From an uncultured cyanobacterium (GTDB lineage: Bacteria > Cyanobacteriota > Cyanobacteriia > Cyanobacteriales > Cyanobacteriaceae): a stretch of 64,000 bases of DNA. The stretch is taken from the NCBI GenBank assembly GCA_963749915.1, contig CAVVOP010000021.1, positions 160,001-224,000 of the forward strand. The letters are read 5' to 3'. The first letter of the stretch is position 1. Each line of letters opens with the position of its first letter. Of this stretch, positions 42,063 to 54,613 are shown one piece after another. A program made the translations under genes and the position numbers. The notes beneath the pieces are model-generated. The model ran no database searches, had not been told where the DNA came from, and was given only the letters and a program-made list of their open reading frames with translations.

Positions 42063-42320
42063 TTATCTTACAAAAATATATGTTCTGGGTTGAGCATTAT
42101 TGTGAAAATGATAAAAGGCATTACCACCACTAACAGAAGGATTTAAGACATAAAAAGCTAAACCTTCCTCTTGAAAAGTTCGATAATTAACTAAAATACT
42201 GCTTCTTTCACCTGCATTAGCATAAAGATGAGTACTGTGTTGAGCTGTGTTGTGAAAACGGTACATGCCATTAATTCATCATTATTGCCTGTACCTACGG
42301 CAAAAGCAAATCCTTAATGT
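42063..42320 (-). pseudogene. degraded surface-protein repeat (DUF5648-like YRFxN motif)
   Basis: MYRFHNT..THLY....ER.....FQEEGLAFY and FYHFHNN; broken frames. Confidence 0.4.
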
Positions 42321-42485
42321 CTAATTCATTTGATTCTGATAAATATCCAGCGATCGTTCTATCTTGGCTTAGTTGTCCTAAGTTCGTTCTTTCAATCATC
42401 AGTTAAATCATTATTTTATTTAATTATTGGTTAGACAACAAATAATGGTATTTTAACGAATTTTAGCTTTTTTCGGCAAAATATA

Positions 42486-42508
42486 AAAAGGTGGGCAATG
42501 CCCACCCC
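42486..42508 (-). terminator. hairpin downstream of the giant phosphatase gene
   Basis: AAAAGGTGGGCAATGCCCACCC. Confidence 0.55.
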
Positions 42509-42631
42509 GTTAAATTAATTGTTTAAAACTACTCAAAGTTTATAAGAGATCTCTCCATAAACTATAATTTTGGTAGGGTAGAATAAGAATTTCAACCCTA
42601 TTTTTATTAATTATTGGAGATGTCTAATTAA

Positions 42632-45600
42632 TTAAGCAAAGACAAAATTAGCGTCAGTAATTGTAGTATTTAATAACTGAGCGATTTCTTGTCCATCAAC
42701 GGAGATAATCACGTTACTTCCTTGTTTTTGGTAATTCCAATCACTACCTTTATTGCCTAAATTTAAGTCGGTATTAGCAAAACCAATCACATCCCCCTGA
42801 CTAGCGTTGAAGTCACTGATTTGGTTAGCATTTTCAGGAATTGCGAGATCATCAGTAATTAACCAGAATTGATCAGCACCTGCACCACCAGTAATATTAT
42901 TACCGCCTTCACCTGAACCTGCAAAGATAATATCATCACCAGATCCTAAAATTACACGGTTGTTAGTACCAACAAAAACGATGTCATCACCGCTAGCAGT
43001 ATCGATGCGATTGCCTTCACCCATAACGGAAACGTCAACATAATCGTCACCGCTACCAGTAGAAAGGATTTGGTTGTCACCTACAAACATTTTATCGTCA
43101 GGGAAAGCACTGTCAAATTCATCTGCATCAGGAGTTCCACTGACGAATTTAGGTACATCAATTTCAGGTTCTTCATCAAGCTGGATGTTGAACTGGAAAA
43201 TCTGACCACCCTGATCTGCTTTACGCTCTGCAATGATTCCACCCGATTCACCACGATGCTGTACTACCCCGACAAAGGTTTGTTCCGCTAGAGGTAAACT
43301 GCCGATGATTTCTTGTGCGCCAGTTCCAGCGATCTCTTCTTGGGTATAGAAGCTGCCATCTTCCTTCTTTGCCACGAGATGAGTTACGTTCCAACTACCT
43401 GAAAATTCTGAACTGGTTGCTGATGAGAAAGTATCAGGAATTGCCGAAACTTGAGCCGTTGCACGAGGGTTGAGAGAACCACCTGCTGATGCTAAGAAAT
43501 AGCCCTTGCCTTCCTCTTCCAGTTGTAGGGTTTCTGGATCGACAGGCAGAACGTACTTCCGCTCGCCGTATGGGTTGCCCGAATCCTCGTCCACGATTAG
43601 GTAATCACCATCAGATGCCTTGACCCACTGTAAACCATCGTTTTGATTCATCCGAGCCTCATTTATTGCTAGATGGGTCGCGTGGGTCAACGTACCATCG
43701 GGGTTATTCGGACCAATATGACCAGCACCCTTACCACCAGTCTCAAGAGTCAAAGCACCGTCCACACCCGCGACAATTCGGGTTACATCTGCTGACAGAT
43801 AATCTGGCAGACCATTGCCATCCTCGTCGTTGTTAAGTAGCTCATCAACAATGTTGGTGAACTCAATACCCAACTGGGCACTCGGCACAGTTAGATTTTG
43901 CACATAGCGATGCTTGGTAGCATCTGGATCGACTGCTGGGTGTTCGGTTTTACTGTCACCGTTGAAATAGGTATAGCCATCGGGCTGCTCATTCGCCTCG
44001 TCTTCGTCCCCATCTTGCTCCCACAAGAACACTTCTGTCTCGTCAGCATTCACAGGATTATCAAAACCATCCCACTGATAGCTAGTAGGATAGTAGCGGG
44101 CGTTAAAGGTATCGGGAGCATCGGCATCCTTAACGTAGTTATCCATCATGAAGGTATCAGCATCCACTGTCTCGATGCCCAAATCGGTGTAGGTCTCTCC
44201 ATCAAGTGCCATCCCGTACAACTGACCGTACAGTAAACCATTACGACCTAAGAATGAATCCCGTTCACTTGCATCCTCAGTAAGGGCATTACCGTTTTCA
44301 TCCACACCTTTCTTCCCGATGTAGATCATCAAAGGTGCTGGCTCCACTTCAAGGTTGTAGCCTGACGTTACGAGAACAACGTAATCTTCGTGACCTGAAT
44401 TAATGGGCAGGATTTTCTCATAACCAGATTGACCTAGTGCTGGAGCGGTGTAAGCGGTCTCGTTAGCAATATCTACCACAATTGATGCTAGACCCATAGT
44501 AGTGGTGAAGAAATCCTCTCCAGCACTGATACGAGCGTCCTCTTCAGTGAAACCAGCGGCAGCGGCAGCTTCATCATACAGTTCGCCAATGTTCCACTCT
44601 TCAGCCATTAGCCATACGTCATCTTCAAAGCCGATGCCATCGCCGTACTTGTTGGCTTGTTCGTAGTAAGCTCCGCAGAAAGAGTGGAAGAAGAAATCGC
44701 CCTCAGTGAGTAGCTGATCAGAATCAAACTCAAGTAGAGTAACATTTCCGTTCTCGTCCACTTGGGCTTGGTTGCCCCAGATGCCACCCTGATCCTTAGG
44801 AAGTACCTCGTCACCAAACACGTTGTAAACTGTGCTAAACAGATGCCCTGCACCTTCAAACATCTCGCTGGCGGCACTGTCGTTATTGAGGAAGTTTGCA
44901 AATGCTTCGCGATTATAGTCGATAGTGTGTACATGAGAGCCAGTGAAGGCTACGCCACTATCCATCACCCAACCATAGGTTTCTCCTTTAGAGTCAGATA
45001 AGGTTGCGTAGGACTCAGACTGATACACCACACGCACAGTATCTTCATCTAGTAACCAAGCGGCTTGACCATCGGGATAGCCAGTTAACACGTGACCATT
45101 TTCTGGATCAATCTCGCCCACAGTAGCGAGTGGTTTGAAATTTCCGAAAGGGAATTCAGTATCGCCGCTATCTCCGTCCCGTAGATGTTCGGGTTTAGTG
45201 GAACTACCCGCCTGAGGAATCAGGGCTGTTGTTTCTCCAATATTTGCCATTTCGAAAGGATCGAGTTCGCTCTTCAGGTGGAGAATTTGTCCGCCTTCTA
45301 CCAAATTGAGATCTGAGATGATTCCATCTCGAAAACCGTGAGCTTGAACGGTGAGGTAGAAATCAGTACCTGCAGGGTTGCCATAGTACTCAGAAACATC
45401 AATAATGCCCGAAGTTTCCGACGCCCCGAAGGTTTCAGCTTTGGAATCCGTAGTGCCTTCAGGTAATACTACGTCACGGTCAATTACTGCTATACGAGTA
45501 GCTTTGCCGTCGGGAGCAACACGCCAGATAGAGGCTTCTTCTAATCCTTCCGCATCTTCAGGGGCGAAATCATAAGCGAAGTCTTCCTGTACATAGATAT

Positions 45601-48600
45601 ATCCATCAGCGGACCAAGCTAGGTTGTCTGGGTTGCGAATTCCCTTGAAAGGACTATCAAGTCCGTTCAGTTCAGGAGTATCCCCATCATAGAGAATGGT
45701 CAAATCACCAGAAATAGGGTTGCCTTCGCTGTCAAAATCCACATCAAAGACGCTAACATCACCAAACAAATCAGTGGGGTTGACTTCTCCACCACCATCA
45801 CCGGTGTTATTGACGACAAATTGTGTACCATCAACAGGGTTAACATCTACGTCTTCTGGACGAGAGAAGAAGAAAGCACCAGCAGAACGAGCTTCAGCAC
45901 GGAGGGTTTCTCCTAATAAGTAACCTTCGTCATCGTAACCTGCTTGACCTGCCATAGAGGGATCTTGAACTTCAATTGGAGTCCAAGTACCACCCATTTC
46001 TGTCCCAGTACCGAACAAGTCAGCGGGAGTTTCAGAACCATCATTAGCTACCCAAGTATAGAGTTGACCGCCAACAAGACCATTACGCTCTAGGAATTCT
46101 GCTCCTGCTGAGGTATCTTTTTCTCCAATATAGAGCCAGATGGGGGCATCAGTGTAGTCGTCTCCGAGTACGAGAGCAACCATATCTTCCCGTCCAGTAT
46201 CCAATAGAGTGCCAGACTCCCAAGAACCGTAGCCTAAGTCAGGAACGGCGTAGAGGGTTTCATTGGCGATATCGAGGGCTTGGAAAGTACCATCACGCAC
46301 AGTTGGTGGGAAGTCGGGAGAGGTTTCTTCACCCAAGAGGAAGATGTTGTCTTCAAAGCCTCGTTCGTCACCAAAGGTATTAGCGTGGATGAGGTTAGCA
46401 GAACAGAAGCGATCGAACCCTGCGGTTTCAGCTATACCAGAGCTATCGGGTAGCCAGTTGATTTGCTGGGCATCGGTAACTCCAACTCCTTTGCGATCGA
46501 TAATGGTGTCATAAGCTAAACCACCGTTAATGACGGTATTGGTAGCGGTGTCAATATCCATATAATTGATCCGCGCCCCGGTTAATTCTAACCCGTTAGC
46601 TAGAGTGTAAGCATAGCCTTTGTCACGCCCCACTTCACTATTGGTGAATAGTCGTATGATACCGTCACCTAAGTCAATTACGCCTTGACCATCAGGAATA
46701 CCCACGGGGATGTAAGCATCACCGTTAGCCGCATCAGTCTCACTTTGGGTAGCCGCCTCTCCGATGGTAATCAGAGTTTGGAAGGAAACACCTTCTACGA
46801 AAGGAGTCACCATAGGAGTCGCCGTATTATCCGCAGGAGTAGTCACTGGTTCTTCATCGGGGGCATTAGCAACACCAAGACGATCGTCTAAATCGAGAGG
46901 AGTAGGTAATTTGAGTTGGATAATCTCATTATTATCAATATCGGGTCCTCGTCCGATGGAGAAGGGATAGTTATTATCATTAGCTACTAAAATAGTTTCA
47001 GCGTCAATAACTAAAACATCCTCAATGGTGACAAAAGGAAAATCAAAGACTAAACTACCATCACCGTTAAGATCGTTAGGATCAGCTATGGTTAATAAGT
47101 CCACTACTTCTATTTTTTCCACAAATCCGTTGTCATCTTTCTTGGAGATGTCAATTTTGTAGATTTTTTTGAAGTTAGCAGAATCACCTTGTCCGCCGTC
47201 ACGTTCGATGATTAAAAACTCGTTATCATTGATGGGAGTCATATCACCGATGGCATAGTTTGGTTGCTCTAGTTGATAGTAACCTGCTAAATCTTCGGCA
47301 AAAGTTTTACCAGCAACGTCAAATTCATAAATCCGTAATGCTCCTTCAGCATCGCCGAATACGGTTCCTTCTAATATGGGATATAAAGTGGCTCGATCGG
47401 GACTGTAACCCATTCCTTCAAAACCGCGAGAACTAGGTAAGTTAGCCTCAGCCTCTTCAGCTAATACTTTCGGATTCTCAGGTGAAAGAACTTCTTCTCC
47501 CGTGGCTCGTTGTACCGCTGTGCGTGCTTGATCAGGGAAATCACTGAAAAAGCCATCAGCACCTAATCGATAGAAGGCTTCGTATTCTAATTGAGGATCA
47601 CCATTATAGCTAGCAGGTAAATAATATTCATCGCTACGGAAAGTGTAAGGAGTAACAATTAATCCTGCTTCATGAGCATCTTCAATTAAAGTGGTAGGCT
47701 CACCAGCAAAGCGATCGGCATCACTGATAACACCATCACCATTAATATCATCAGGCTCACCATCATCATTATTGTCAACCGTATTTAAAGGAATGATTTG
47801 TGCCTTATAAGGACCAATTCCTTCGGCGTAAGTGGCGATTTGTGCTAAACCCTCAGGTGTAACCATATCAGCATAGGTGATATCCCCGCCAGAAGCAATT
47901 TGGTCATAAGGAGAACCACTGCTATCAAGAAGTTGAACTAAAGGAATCTCCACACCTGCATCGGGCATGATTTCATCATATAATCTTTCTAGATTACTGA
48001 TTTCAAAAGATTGAATAATTACTCGATTAGGATCGGTAAAATCCTCCTCAACTAGAGTATCAATCAAGATTTGAGAAGTATCATATCCTAAATCCTCAAA
48101 GTAAGTAGGATGCTTAGTTTCAGGATAGATGTTGATTATTTTACCCGTAGCCGCTTCTTCTGCTTTGACATATTCAATGATTTCCCCTAGGGTGGGTATT
48201 TCATAGAGATTGTCGTAGAAAGTGTTATCGGGACGAATTTCGGGAATCCGTTCTTTGGCACTTAAGAGCTTAATTTCAGCGAGGGTGAAGTCTTCAGAGA
48301 ACCAACCAGTAATTTCTTGTCCATCAACAACTTTGGTGGTCAAACGATCGCTAAAGAAAGGTAGTTCGGCTACATTGGTAGTGGCTTCCTTGAGGACATA
48401 GTTCCCACCGTCATCAATCATCGGCTTGCCGTCAGCATCAGTTTGAACGATGGCTAAAGCATTTTCGTGCCGAGCAATTAGTACTCCATCTTTGGTGGGC
48501 ACTAAATCCGGTTCAATGAAGTCAGCTCCTTGCCTTACTCCTAGGTTATAAGCAGCAGGTCCAGTTGGATTTAAAGTATGTTCAGGACGATAACCACTGG

Positions 48601-50971
48601 CACCTCGGTGAGCAATTACGAGGGGAGTTTCTCCGTTGAGGGTATTAATTTGGGCAATATTAGGGGTAACAATAGGAGCATCAATTAATTCCCCGTCTCC
48701 ATTAAAGTGGAGTAAATAAGGACCAAATTCTTCCCCAATCCAAATAGTACCGTCGTCAGCTAAGACAATAGATTCCGGATCAAAGTCAGAACCTGTTAAC
48801 AGGCGATGGGTAGTTCCTTCATTAACAATATCAAAAGGTACAAGATTATTAGGATCAGATAGTTGAATAAAACCTTCAACCTCAACGCTACCATCACCAT
48901 CTTCAATGCCGTTAAATTCAGGCTCAATTTCATAGATTCTTAAGAGGTAATCAGCACTGTTGCCCTTGCTGCCAAAACCGTTATCAGATAAGAACCAGTA
49001 GCTTTCTTTCGTGGCAAATTGCACACCGCTAAAACCTTGTACCGGTTGACTAGCAAAAGGTGTTTCACGGTTATCAGAAGTGATGTAATTACCAGAACTT
49101 GGTCCTTCAGCAAAGGTATCCGCAGGTAATTCTGCATAAGCGACTAATTCTACACCGCTAACGGCTACTTGCATAGTTTTAGCAATGTGAACTTGATCGA
49201 TCATTCCTTCCATGCCAGGTATATCATAACCGTAAGCCTCATACCCTTCCCCAGTAAAGGAGTCGAGAATAGTAGAAGCTGAACCTTGATGATACACAGG
49301 CACAGGGCGATTAGAGTGATTTGTCCAAGTATGTTTAACTTCATTATTTGCACCCCAGAAATGTCCCGCAGTGGCAGGAGTACTTGCATCATAATTTTGA
49401 GCGTCATCAGGATCATTAACTGCTAAACCATAGGTTAGAGCATTAGGTCCATAAGTCCGCAATAATTCAGGGAAATTTTCGTTTAAAGTTAAGTAGTGGT
49501 CATGATCAGCAGTGATAATCAACTCGTTTTGTTCCCAACCACCATTATTTTCAATCCAATCGATTACTAAACCAACGGTTTCATCAAAGGCTAAAGTATT
49601 ACCGATGAGGTTATCTAGGTTGTTATCATGAGCTGCCCAATCGATGTCACCGCCTTCTACTAATAACCAAAAACCATCAGGATCGTCTTGTAATACGTCT
49701 AAAGCGGCACTGGTTAACTGAGCAAGGGTAGGATTTTCGTTAACTTCTCTGGCGATAAATTGTTCGTCTGTTTCACCAGCTAATAAAGGGCGATCAGTAT
49801 CACCAACTCCAACGGGAAACTCAGGGGTATTGTAACCTAAAGTAAATTGAGCAAATCCAGTAGTACCATAATCACCGTCTGCCGATCGAGTGGGTAAATT
49901 GCCTTCCTGTCCTCTGGCACCGTAAACCCCTAATAATCTTTCTCCTGCGTTAGGATCGATACTAGAAGCGGTTTGAGCTAATACTTCTGCGGCATTTGCC
50001 CCTCTTTCTACAAAGGTATAACCGAAAATATTATCGTTAGGATTGTTGCTTAACTCGTTGTAAGTACCTTCTGATAAGTATTCAAATTCTGTAGGAGGTT
50101 CAACTTCTTCAGGTAAAGGATCGTTCACGTTAGAAAGGGGATGCCCTCCACCTAAAATAACAGTAGGCTTGAAGATAGTTAATTCTTGTTGTAAGATTGT
50201 ATCTAGTACGCCAAACTCATCAAATTTGTTGCGATCGTTGACGTTTGCCGCCGCCGCTCCCGGTGTAGCATGATCTACAGGTACAGAAGAAACTAAACCA
50301 GTGGATTTGCCAATGTGAGTTGCTCTGGTTAAAATACTTTCTACAGGTTGCTCGAAAATATCAATGCCGATCGCCCCGTTAAAAGATTTCACCCCAGTAT
50401 ATAAAGTAGTTGCCGTGTTAGCAGAATCGGGATAACTATATTTGATGTATTCCTTGTCAAAACCTGCGGATGTATTGCCTCGATCTTCATAATAAGCAGA
50501 ATCCCAAGGGGTAGAAGCACCTCTGACAGGATCGTAACCGACTAAATTCCCTACCACTCCATTTGCTACATTAGCACCACCGCTAGAGGTTGTACCCGGG
50601 TTGAAAGTGGGGTTAAATTCAAACCCTGTTCTGATTTCCCCTTCTCCTGTAACTCTTTGGCTTCTGACTCCTTGTAAAGCCGAATTACTGGTATTATAAA
50701 CACTGAGATCAGCAGGGTTACTGCTGGTTGTACCATCATCGGCGATCGTTGTGCCATAGGTAGTAACTAAACCATAACCCGTTAAGGTTTGCATATTTAG
50801 TCCTTCCCCTGTACCTTCGGTGTAAAAGTCACTTAAAGTGTTACCAGTTGCACCTGCTTGAATTTGATTGTAAATAGCAGCGGTACGAGCCATTTCCCAG
50901 CCCATGCCGTCACCAATCATGATGATTACGTTCTTAGCCATCGGTTTTGTTAAATAATTATGAACTTGCAC
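42632..50971 (-). CDS. giant secreted phosphatase: PhoA-type alkaline phosphatase, phytase-like domain split by a GDPD domain, two PhoX-like regions and RTX-like tail
   Basis: [105 protein letters not shown] repeats; likely start MAKNV at 50941. Confidence 0.88.
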   Translation of the reverse strand: MQVHNYLTKPMAKNVIIMIGDGMGWEMARTAAIYNQIQAGATGNTLSDFYTEGTGEGLNMQTLTGYGLVTTYGTTIADDGTTSSNPADLSVYNTSNSALQGVRSQRVTGEGEIRTGFEFNPTFNPGTTSSGGANVANGVVGNLVGYDPVRGASTPWDSAYYEDRGNTSAGFDKEYIKYSYPDSANTATTLYTGVKSFNGAIGIDIFEQPVESILTRATHIGKSTGLVSSVPVDHATPGAAAANVNDRNKFDEFGVLDTILQQELTIFKPTVILGGGHPLSNVNDPLPEEVEPPTEFEYLSEGTYNELSNNPNDNIFGYTFVERGANAAEVLAQTASSIDPNAGERLLGVYGARGQEGNLPTRSADGDYGTTGFAQFTLGYNTPEFPVGVGDTDRPLLAGETDEQFIAREVNENPTLAQLTSAALDVLQDDPDGFWLLVEGGDIDWAAHDNNLDNLIGNTLAFDETVGLVIDWIENNGGWEQNELIITADHDHYLTLNENFPELLRTYGPNALTYGLAVNDPDDAQNYDASTPATAGHFWGANNEVKHTWTNHSNRPVPVYHQGSASTILDSFTGEGYEAYGYDIPGMEGMIDQVHIAKTMQVAVSGVELVAYAELPADTFAEGPSSGNYITSDNRETPFASQPVQGFSGVQFATKESYWFLSDNGFGSKGNSADYLLRIYEIEPEFNGIEDGDGSVEVEGFIQLSDPNNLVPFDIVNEGTTHRLLTGSDFDPESIVLADDGTIWIGEEFGPYLLHFNGDGELIDAPIVTPNIAQINTLNGETPLVIAHRGASGYRPEHTLNPTGPAAYNLGVRQGADFIEPDLVPTKDGVLIARHENALAIVQTDADGKPMIDDGGNYVLKEATTNVAELPFFSDRLTTKVVDGQEITGWFSEDFTLAEIKLLSAKERIPEIRPDNTFYDNLYEIPTLGEIIEYVKAEEAATGKIINIYPETKHPTYFEDLGYDTSQILIDTLVEEDFTDPNRVIIQSFEISNLERLYDEIMPDAGVEIPLVQLLDSSGSPYDQIASGGDITYADMVTPEGLAQIATYAEGIGPYKAQIIPLNTVDNNDDGEPDDINGDGVISDADRFAGEPTTLIEDAHEAGLIVTPYTFRSDEYYLPASYNGDPQLEYEAFYRLGADGFFSDFPDQARTAVQRATGEEVLSPENPKVLAEEAEANLPSSRGFEGMGYSPDRATLYPILEGTVFGDAEGALRIYEFDVAGKTFAEDLAGYYQLEQPNYAIGDMTPINDNEFLIIERDGGQGDSANFKKIYKIDISKKDDNGFVEKIEVVDLLTIADPNDLNGDGSLVFDFPFVTIEDVLVIDAETILVANDNNYPFSIGRGPDIDNNEIIQLKLPTPLDLDDRLGVANAPDEEPVTTPADNTATPMVTPFVEGVSFQTLITIGEAATQSETDAANGDAYIPVGIPDGQGVIDLGDGIIRLFTNSEVGRDKGYAYTLANGLELTGARINYMDIDTATNTVINGGLAYDTIIDRKGVGVTDAQQINWLPDSSGIAETAGFDRFCSANLIHANTFGDERGFEDNIFLLGEETSPDFPPTVRDGTFQALDIANETLYAVPDLGYGSWESGTLLDTGREDMVALVLGDDYTDAPIWLYIGEKDTSAGAEFLERNGLVGGQLYTWVANDGSETPADLFGTGTEMGGTWTPIEVQDPSMAGQAGYDDEGYLLGETLRAEARSAGAFFFSRPEDVDVNPVDGTQFVVNNTGDGGGEVNPTDLFGDVSVFDVDFDSEGNPISGDLTILYDGDTPELNGLDSPFKGIRNPDNLAWSADGYIYVQEDFAYDFAPEDAEGLEEASIWRVAPDGKATRIAVIDRDVVLPEGTTDSKAETFGASETSGIIDVSEYYGNPAGTDFYLTVQAHGFRDGIISDLNLVEGGQILHLKSELDPFEMANIGETTALIPQAGSSTKPEHLRDGDSGDTEFPFGNFKPLATVGEIDPENGHVLTGYPDGQAAWLLDEDTVRVVYQSESYATLSDSKGETYGWVMDSGVAFTGSHVHTIDYNREAFANFLNNDSAASEMFEGAGHLFSTVYNVFGDEVLPKDQGGIWGNQAQVDENGNVTLLEFDSDQLLTEGDFFFHSFCGAYYEQANKYGDGIGFEDDVWLMAEEWNIGELYDEAAAAAGFTEEDARISAGEDFFTTTMGLASIVVDIANETAYTAPALGQSGYEKILPINSGHEDYVVLVTSGYNLEVEPAPLMIYIGKKGVDENGNALTEDASERDSFLGRNGLLYGQLYGMALDGETYTDLGIETVDADTFMMDNYVKDADAPDTFNARYYPTSYQWDGFDNPVNADETEVFLWEQDGDEDEANEQPDGYTYFNGDSKTEHPAVDPDATKHRYVQNLTVPSAQLGIEFTNIVDELLNNDEDGNGLPDYLSADVTRIVAGVDGALTLETGGKGAGHIGPNNPDGTLTHATHLAINEARMNQNDGLQWVKASDGDYLIVDEDSGNPYGERKYVLPVDPETLQLEEEGKGYFLASAGGSLNPRATAQVSAIPDTFSSATSSEFSGSWNVTHLVAKKEDGSFYTQEEIAGTGAQEIIGSLPLAEQTFVGVVQHRGESGGIIAERKADQGGQIFQFNIQLDEEPEIDVPKFVSGTPDADEFDSAFPDDKMFVGDNQILSTGSGDDYVDVSVMGEGNRIDTASGDDIVFVGTNNRVILGSGDDIIFAGSGEGGNNITGGAGADQFWLITDDLAIPENANQISDFNASQGDVIGFANTDLNLGNKGSDWNYQKQGSNVIISVDGQEIAQLLNTTITDANFVFA

Positions 50972-51009
50972 CGTATATTTAACTACGTGAAAGCTAAGAG
51001 AACTTAAAG

Positions 51010-51075
51010 CTTAGATAAAGTAGCTATTAAATTTTAGTAAATGTTAAGTTAATTTTATATTAAAAATAAGTTAAT
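51010..51075 (-). promoter_or_regulatory. Pho-box-like (SphR) array
   Basis: Minus strand has six 11-bp-phased units ATTAACTT, TTTAATAT, ATTAACTT, ATTTACTA, TTTAATAG, CTTTATCT versus consensus YTTAAYYW; the region is very AT-rich. Confidence 0.5.
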
Positions 51076-51112
51076 CTAATATTACAACTCAACTTGAAAA
51101 GGTGTAGAGCCG

Positions 51113-51290
51113 CAGGGCAAACGCACACAAAACTTAACCAGGTGTAAATTTTTCGTTGATGAGAAGGAAATGGTCGTGCATCAAATAACTGTGGGATAGC
51201 TAATTAAGTCATTCCAACTCCATCTCTGGTCACTCAATCCTGCTCTCTGAGCTGCTGTTGTCCCTAATGGCTTTTGGTAAAGATTGAATT
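51113..51290 (-). mobile_element. IS1-like transposase 3' remnant with IS end
   Basis: Minus-strand TTAAQRAGLSDQRWSWNDLISYPTVI*; end CAGGGCAAACGCA, also seen inverted near 58285. Confidence 0.5.
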
Positions 51291-52105
51291 CGTTCGATTT
51301 TGGCGGTGATGCGAACTATGTTCAACCCCGATGGAAAGTTGACCCAACAGCGGCGTTTGCGGCTGAGGTAGATGGGCAACTAGTTGGCTCCAACATCGCT
51401 ACTTGTTGGGGTAGTGTCGGTACTTTTGGACCGCTCAGTGTTCACCCTGACTTCTGGGATCAAGGTATTGCTCAACGTTTGATGGAACCTATGATGGCTC
51501 AATTTGCTCAATGGGGGACGCGACAGGCTGGGTTGTTTACCTTTCCAAATAGTCCAAAGCATCACGCGCTTTATCAGAAGTTCGGGTTCTACCCCCGCTT
51601 TCTGACCTTCATCATGGCAAAACCCATTCAGGCAGTTCAGCAGGACTTACTCGTAACGACTTACTCGCAGCTCAATCCTCAGCAGCGATTGGATTGTCTC
51701 AAAGCGTGTTCTACCCTCACTGATACGATTTATTCAGGGCTAGATTTATCGCGTGAGATTGAAGCCGTACATACGCAAAATTTAGGGGATACGGTTTTGC
51801 TGTGGGATGAGACAAACCTAGCAGGATTTGCGATTTGTCATTATGGTGCAGGAAGCGAGGCAGGTAGTGATGTGTGCTACATCAAGTTTGGAGCAGTACG
51901 CCCAGGAATACAAGCAGGAGAACAGTTTGAACAGTTACTCGATTTGTGTGAAGTGTATGGGGCGACTCAAAAAATGTTGCGTCTCGTCGCTGGAGTAAAT
52001 ACCAGCCATGATGCAGCCTATTCCAGGATGGTTGCTCGACGTTTTCGTGCTGAAATCATCGGCATCGTCATGCATAAGCCAAATGAGCCTGGTTACAATC
52101 GCTGA
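51284..52105 (+). pseudogene. tandem GNAT acetyltransferase truncated at both ends by IS remnants
   Basis: FGPLSVHPDFWDQGIAQRLM, LYQKFGF, second GNAT half; stop is supplied by the IS4 end. Confidence 0.7.
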
Positions 52106-52800
52106 GGGGGCGACAATGAAGCTAAACAGACGATGCTATAAGGGATTGAACATGCTAATCTGGATAAAGATGAGATATTTTCAGTTTTTATATTAATTGC
52201 CATAGAAAAAGATGTTTCAACTTCCCCAATTTTATCAGGATCATTTAAAAAAGCAGTTTAATTTACCTCAATATTTAACTCTTTGTCTTTTAGTTAACTT
52301 ACTTCAAAATCTTAAAACTGTCAGGTTAGAAGAAATGGCAAAACGTTTTCCTTATCCGATTAAATTAAGAAGTAGAATTAAAAAGTTACAACGATTTCTG
52401 AGTCTGGAAAATTGGAAAATTGAAACTATATGGTTTCCGATTTTAAAATCATCGTTTTAGGAGATAGGGAGTTTTGCTCTGTGGATTTAGCAAAGTGGTT
52501 ATCAGTAGAGAAACAGGTTTATTTATCTCTACGTTTAAAAAACAGTGAATATGTGGAGTTAGAAACTGATATATGGTTTCAATTAAGTGAATTAGGTTTA
52601 TGTCCAGGATTCTCGGTATATTATCAAGGAATAAAAGTAACAAAAACCAAGGGATTTTCAGGAATTAATTTAGCCGCAAAGTGGAAAAGAAATTATGGTC
52701 ATAAATCTAGCAAAGAACCATGGTTTAGAATAGTGTACCTGAGAAGTTTTTTTATAAGTAACTGTATTTCAGTATATATTAATATATATTAAGAAAAATA
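52102..52800 (+). mobile_element. IS4-family remnant, internally deleted
   Basis: End CTGAGGGGGCGACA; SRIKKLQRFLSL, LGDREFCSVDLAKWL, KWKR..KEPWF; right end not resolved. Confidence 0.75.
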
Positions 52801-53016
52801 TCTCGGTTATGGTTTTTCAGTTATATTGAATAAAATAAATTTATAACCAATTTTTTGGTAGGTTTTGACCTAATCTGATATTCAGAATATTTCTTGATAG
52901 TATAACTATTTGGCATGTTACCCAGAAAGTTTCTTGCTATCATCAAAGATTAGGCGGCGATTCTTGCCCCTTTCCTGACGCTGGCTAAATTGGCGCAATA
53001 GTCGTCAAGTAGATTT

Positions 53017-53703
53017 ATGAGTCTGTCCATGATTGTTTTTTTACTGTTTTTTGCGGGCGTAGTTCTCTTCTTTGGCTTGCTGTTCTTTGAACTTCACAGG
53101 GTGGACAAGAGAGCGATCGCACACGGGTACGGGCTGAAGTCACAGATTGGCGGTGAGCCGTGTTCGAGTGGCCAGCTAGTTTGCGTTGCCTTCAAGGCAC
53201 CAACATTAAATAAGTCAATTTCCTTCGAATACGCGTTGCAGCTTTATACAGACGGCGTCAACGTGACCGGCACGTACAAATATCACGTTCGGAACACAAG
53301 CTATTCCGGCGAGGTGTTTCTGTCATTCAAAAAGAATCGAGTGAAAGGGCGGACCCTTATGGGTGGATTAAGAACTCTCGAAGGTGTCGTCAGCCCGAAC
53401 GGGGTGCGCCTGACCCGTGGATACCCCCCAGAGAGTTTTCTGAGCATCCTGAACGGTCCTTACGAATATAGTGTTCGGAATGGGCAGACTCAATTCGACA
53501 AAACCACACGCGCTGGAAATATCAGTGCGGAAAGCATGCTTCGCATCGAGGATAATCGCTTGTATGGTCGTGTGCTTCATGGGCCTCAGAAAACCTGGGC
53601 CATCGATGTGGATGTCACGTATCAGGGGATTAAAATTGAAGCGGTCTCTCTAGCAGTCGTTCTGGCTTGTGACAACATACTTAGCTTCCACCATTCCGAC
53701 TGA
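53017..53703 (+). CDS. hypothetical membrane-anchored protein, integron gene cassette (about 52950-53863)
   Basis: Visibly higher GC than flanks; N-terminal TM; TTAGGC at 52950 complements the R'' of the downstream attC. Confidence 0.7.
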   Translation: MSLSMIVFLLFFAGVVLFFGLLFFELHRVDKRAIAHGYGLKSQIGGEPCSSGQLVCVAFKAPTLNKSISFEYALQLYTDGVNVTGTYKYHVRNTSYSGEVFLSFKKNRVKGRTLMGGLRTLEGVVSPNGVRLTRGYPPESFLSILNGPYEYSVRNGQTQFDKTTRAGNISAESMLRIEDNRLYGRVLHGPQKTWAIDVDVTYQGIKIEAVSLAVVLACDNILSFHHSD

Positions 53704-53811
53704 TTGGTATGGAATACTGCTGGCACGTGCTGTTTGTCGCATACTTTGTCGGCTTCTTGCTTTTAATATCCGGCCCAATAATTGGGGACGTGAGTCTCAT
53801 CGTAATGCGCT

Positions 53812-53869
53812 GCCTAACAATTGCTTGCAGTCGGACGCGCTCCATCGCCGCTGAAGCAGGTCGTTAGTG
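53812..53869 (+). other. integron attC site
   Basis: R'' GCCTAAC; L'' TGCTT[G]CAG[T]CGG pairs with L' CCGCTGAAGCA leaving the canonical two extrahelical bases; R' GTTAGTG. Confidence 0.85.
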
Positions 53870-53881
53870 GGAAATTGAGAG

Positions 53882-53914
53882 GCGACCAGGCTTTGCCTGC
53901 CGCTGCGCGATCGA
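53882..53914. repeat. SDR5-like small repeat in a degenerate HIP1 site
   Basis: Reverse complement TCGATC-GCGCAGCGGCAGGCAAAGCCT-GGTCGC. Confidence 0.6.
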
Positions 53915-54086
53915 AAATGATATGGGTAAAAGACAGAGACATTAAAAATTTAATTGAGAAGAACTGTTTGTCACTTGCCCCTCGTTGCAAGAACCTTCTA
54001 TTTTCGCCCAGTTACGGCAATCGCAACACGGAAGAAATTACCACGCCTACCCATGAGGAGAGAGGATGATCCTAACGTTGATCGCT

Positions 54087-54598
54087 CTACTCTCCCTCAT
54101 CTACAGTAATGGACGATAAGATAAGCATTTCCTCAACAGTTTCTACCAACTGGGAAGGATTTACTGGGGTGATGAGAAGATTGTTTCCCTTTAACCTAGA
54201 AATGAGTACAAACTCGTCGAGTTGAGAAATGTAGAACTCTAAAAAGCCACCACGACAAGTCCACAACCAGCCAAAGCCACCCCATAGACCTCCCACACCT
54301 ATCCGCACAGCCCAGCCAAACTCTTGTTGAAAAGTGTCTTTGCTGATGATGCGGATACCAGATACATCTTGCATTGGGATTGGACGTCGCCAGCCAGGGA
54401 AGACAATCTCAATATAGTTATCCGAAACAACAAAGCGAGATGGTCTACACCATAACCAGACAGATCCATAAAGAGTGATGAGTATAAGACTGAACAGTAC
54501 GAAGTTTTTTTCTGGAGACAGCTGGAAAGCAGAAAAAAGAACATTCCAGTGACAAACCAGCCCAGAATGTTCGAGAATAGCTGAAATAGCAAAAACAA
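54087..54598 (-). pseudogene. bacterial PH-domain membrane protein, frameshifted/truncated
   Basis: AVRIGVGGLWGGFGWLW..LLITPVNP motif; upstream TM segment lies in another frame. Confidence 0.55.
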
Positions 54599-54613
54599 TC
54601 AGCCAAATTCATT

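Noticed and set aside
35405..50971. Many 60-110 aa antisense or alternate-frame ORFs within the large genes (also within 3296-17662 and the IS copies)
   Set aside because: Shadow ORFs of well-supported genes with no motifs or RBS
54060..54086. Possible third attC (TCCTAAC)
   Set aside because: No L''/L' pairing or matching R' could be found
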